Shown here: positions 63,211-64,000 of the stretch, one piece after another
Layout of the letters: each line of letters begins with the position of its first letter
Numbering within the stretch: the first letter of the stretch is position 1
Assembly (NCBI GenBank): GCA_043228905.1
Contig: JBHGNT010000156.1
Coordinates: 1 to 64,000 of the forward strand
Length of the DNA: 64,000 nt
Origin: Azolla caroliniana
Lineage: Eukaryota; Plantae; Polypodiophyta
Reading direction: 5' to 3'
Position numbers and translations under genes: made by a program
Notes under the pieces: model-generated
Told to the model about the DNA's origin: nothing
Seen by the model: the letters and a program-made list of their open reading frames with translations, nothing else
Databases searched by the model: none

Positions 63211-64000
63211 GGCTCCTCTCAACTCACTACTCATGTTTGCTAATTTCGTCATGTCTCTCGACCTGAGTTTCAAAATCTTGATTTTTGAATTCCATATCAT
63301 AGCTAGCGTTGTTAGCTTCGATTCGCATGTTTGAACACAAACATCTGATATCACACGAGCCAGGTATGAACATTTACATTTACCCACTAGCTCTTCTCAA
63401 CTCACTCCTCAAATTTGGTAATTTCGTCATGTCTCTCGACCTGAGTTTCAAAATCTTGATTTATTAATTCCATATCATAGCTAGCGTTGTTAGCTTCGAT
63501 TCGCATGTTTGAACAGAAAAATTCGATATCACACGAGCCAGGTATGAACATTTTAATTTAGTCAAGGGCTCCTCTCAACTCCCTCCTCAAGTTTGCTAAT
63601 TTCGTCATGTCTCTCGACCTGAGTTTCAAAATCTTGATTTTTGAATTCCATATCATAGCTAGCGTTGTTAGCTTCGATTCGCATGTTTGAACACAAAAAT
63701 CCGATATCACACGAGCCAGGTATGAACATTTTAATTTACTCAAGGGTTCCTCTCAACTCACTCCTCAAATTTGGTAATTTCATCATGTCTCTCGACCTGA
63801 GTTTCAAAATCTTGATTTATTAATTCCATATCATAGCTAGCGTTGTTAGCTTCGATTCGCATGTTTGAACACAAAAATCCGATATCACACGAGCCAGGTA
63901 TGAACATTTTAATTTACTCAAGCGCTCCTCTCAACTCACTACTCATGTTTGCTAATTTCGTCATGTCTCCTGACCTGAGTTTCAAAATCTTGATTTTCTA

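Larger units (their letters stand above)
3297..64000. repeat. 178-bp tandem satellite array (~341 head-to-tail monomers), likely centromeric
   Basis: Strict 178-bp period (e.g. ORF-track starts 3397, 3575). Approximate consensus AAGGGCTCCTCTCAACTCACTACTCATGTTTGCTAATTTCGTCATGTCTCTCGACCTGAGTTTCAAAATCTTGATTTTTGAATTCCATATCATAGCTAGCGTTGTTAGCTTCGATTCGCATGTTTGAACACAAAAATCCGATATCACACGAGCCAGGTATGAACATTTTAATTTACTC. One orientation throughout. The centromeric role is inferred from monomer length, homogeneity and HORs. Confidence 0.98.

Noticed and set aside
3188-63743. Hundreds of 61-96 aa ORFs (MLASIRMFEHKNP..., MSKLKCSYLARV...) on both strands
   Set aside because: They are translations of the 178-bp monomer, mostly with TTG starts. 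178 is not a multiple of 3, stops appear and vanish with satellite SNPs, and there are no recognisable domains.
3297-64000. Possible CRISPR array or other repeat-spacer system
   Set aside because: No unique spacers: the whole 178-bp unit repeats. No cas genes, and the context is eukaryotic.

Overview
Eukaryotic, probably centromeric DNA. Bases 1-3296 are the 5' part of an apparently intact Ty3/gypsy LTR retrotransposon on the minus strand. Its gag/RT look like the chromovirus Tf1/sushi/Tcn1 group, which hints at, but does not prove, a non-seed plant or fungal host. In order it has a 458-bp 5' LTR (2839-3296, TGTCA...TGACA), a gag with a CCHC knuckle (1552-2742), and a -1-frame pol (protease, RT) that stays open to the window edge and is missing from the ORF track. 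The element shows three notable cis signals: (i) no tRNA primer site, but a 12-nt PBS complementary to the predicted first 12 nt of its own RNA (Tf1-type self-priming); (ii) an 11-unit heat-shock-element array right upstream of the TATA box; (iii) a G_UUA_AAC slippery site with an 11-bp stem-loop for gag-pol frameshifting. From 3297 to the end (~60.7 kb, ~341 monomers) is a head-to-tail 178-bp satellite that does not resemble Arabidopsis CEN178 as I recall it. It is organised into domains with different higher-order repeats: a 42-mer duplication, 10/14-mer mosaics, a 13-mer, 6/12-mers and a 14-mer. A short diverged relic layer sits near 41.4-42.4 kb. Two end-joining-type scars fall in the same dyad of the monomer. 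The hundreds of 61-96 aa ORFs in the array are artefacts of the repeat.
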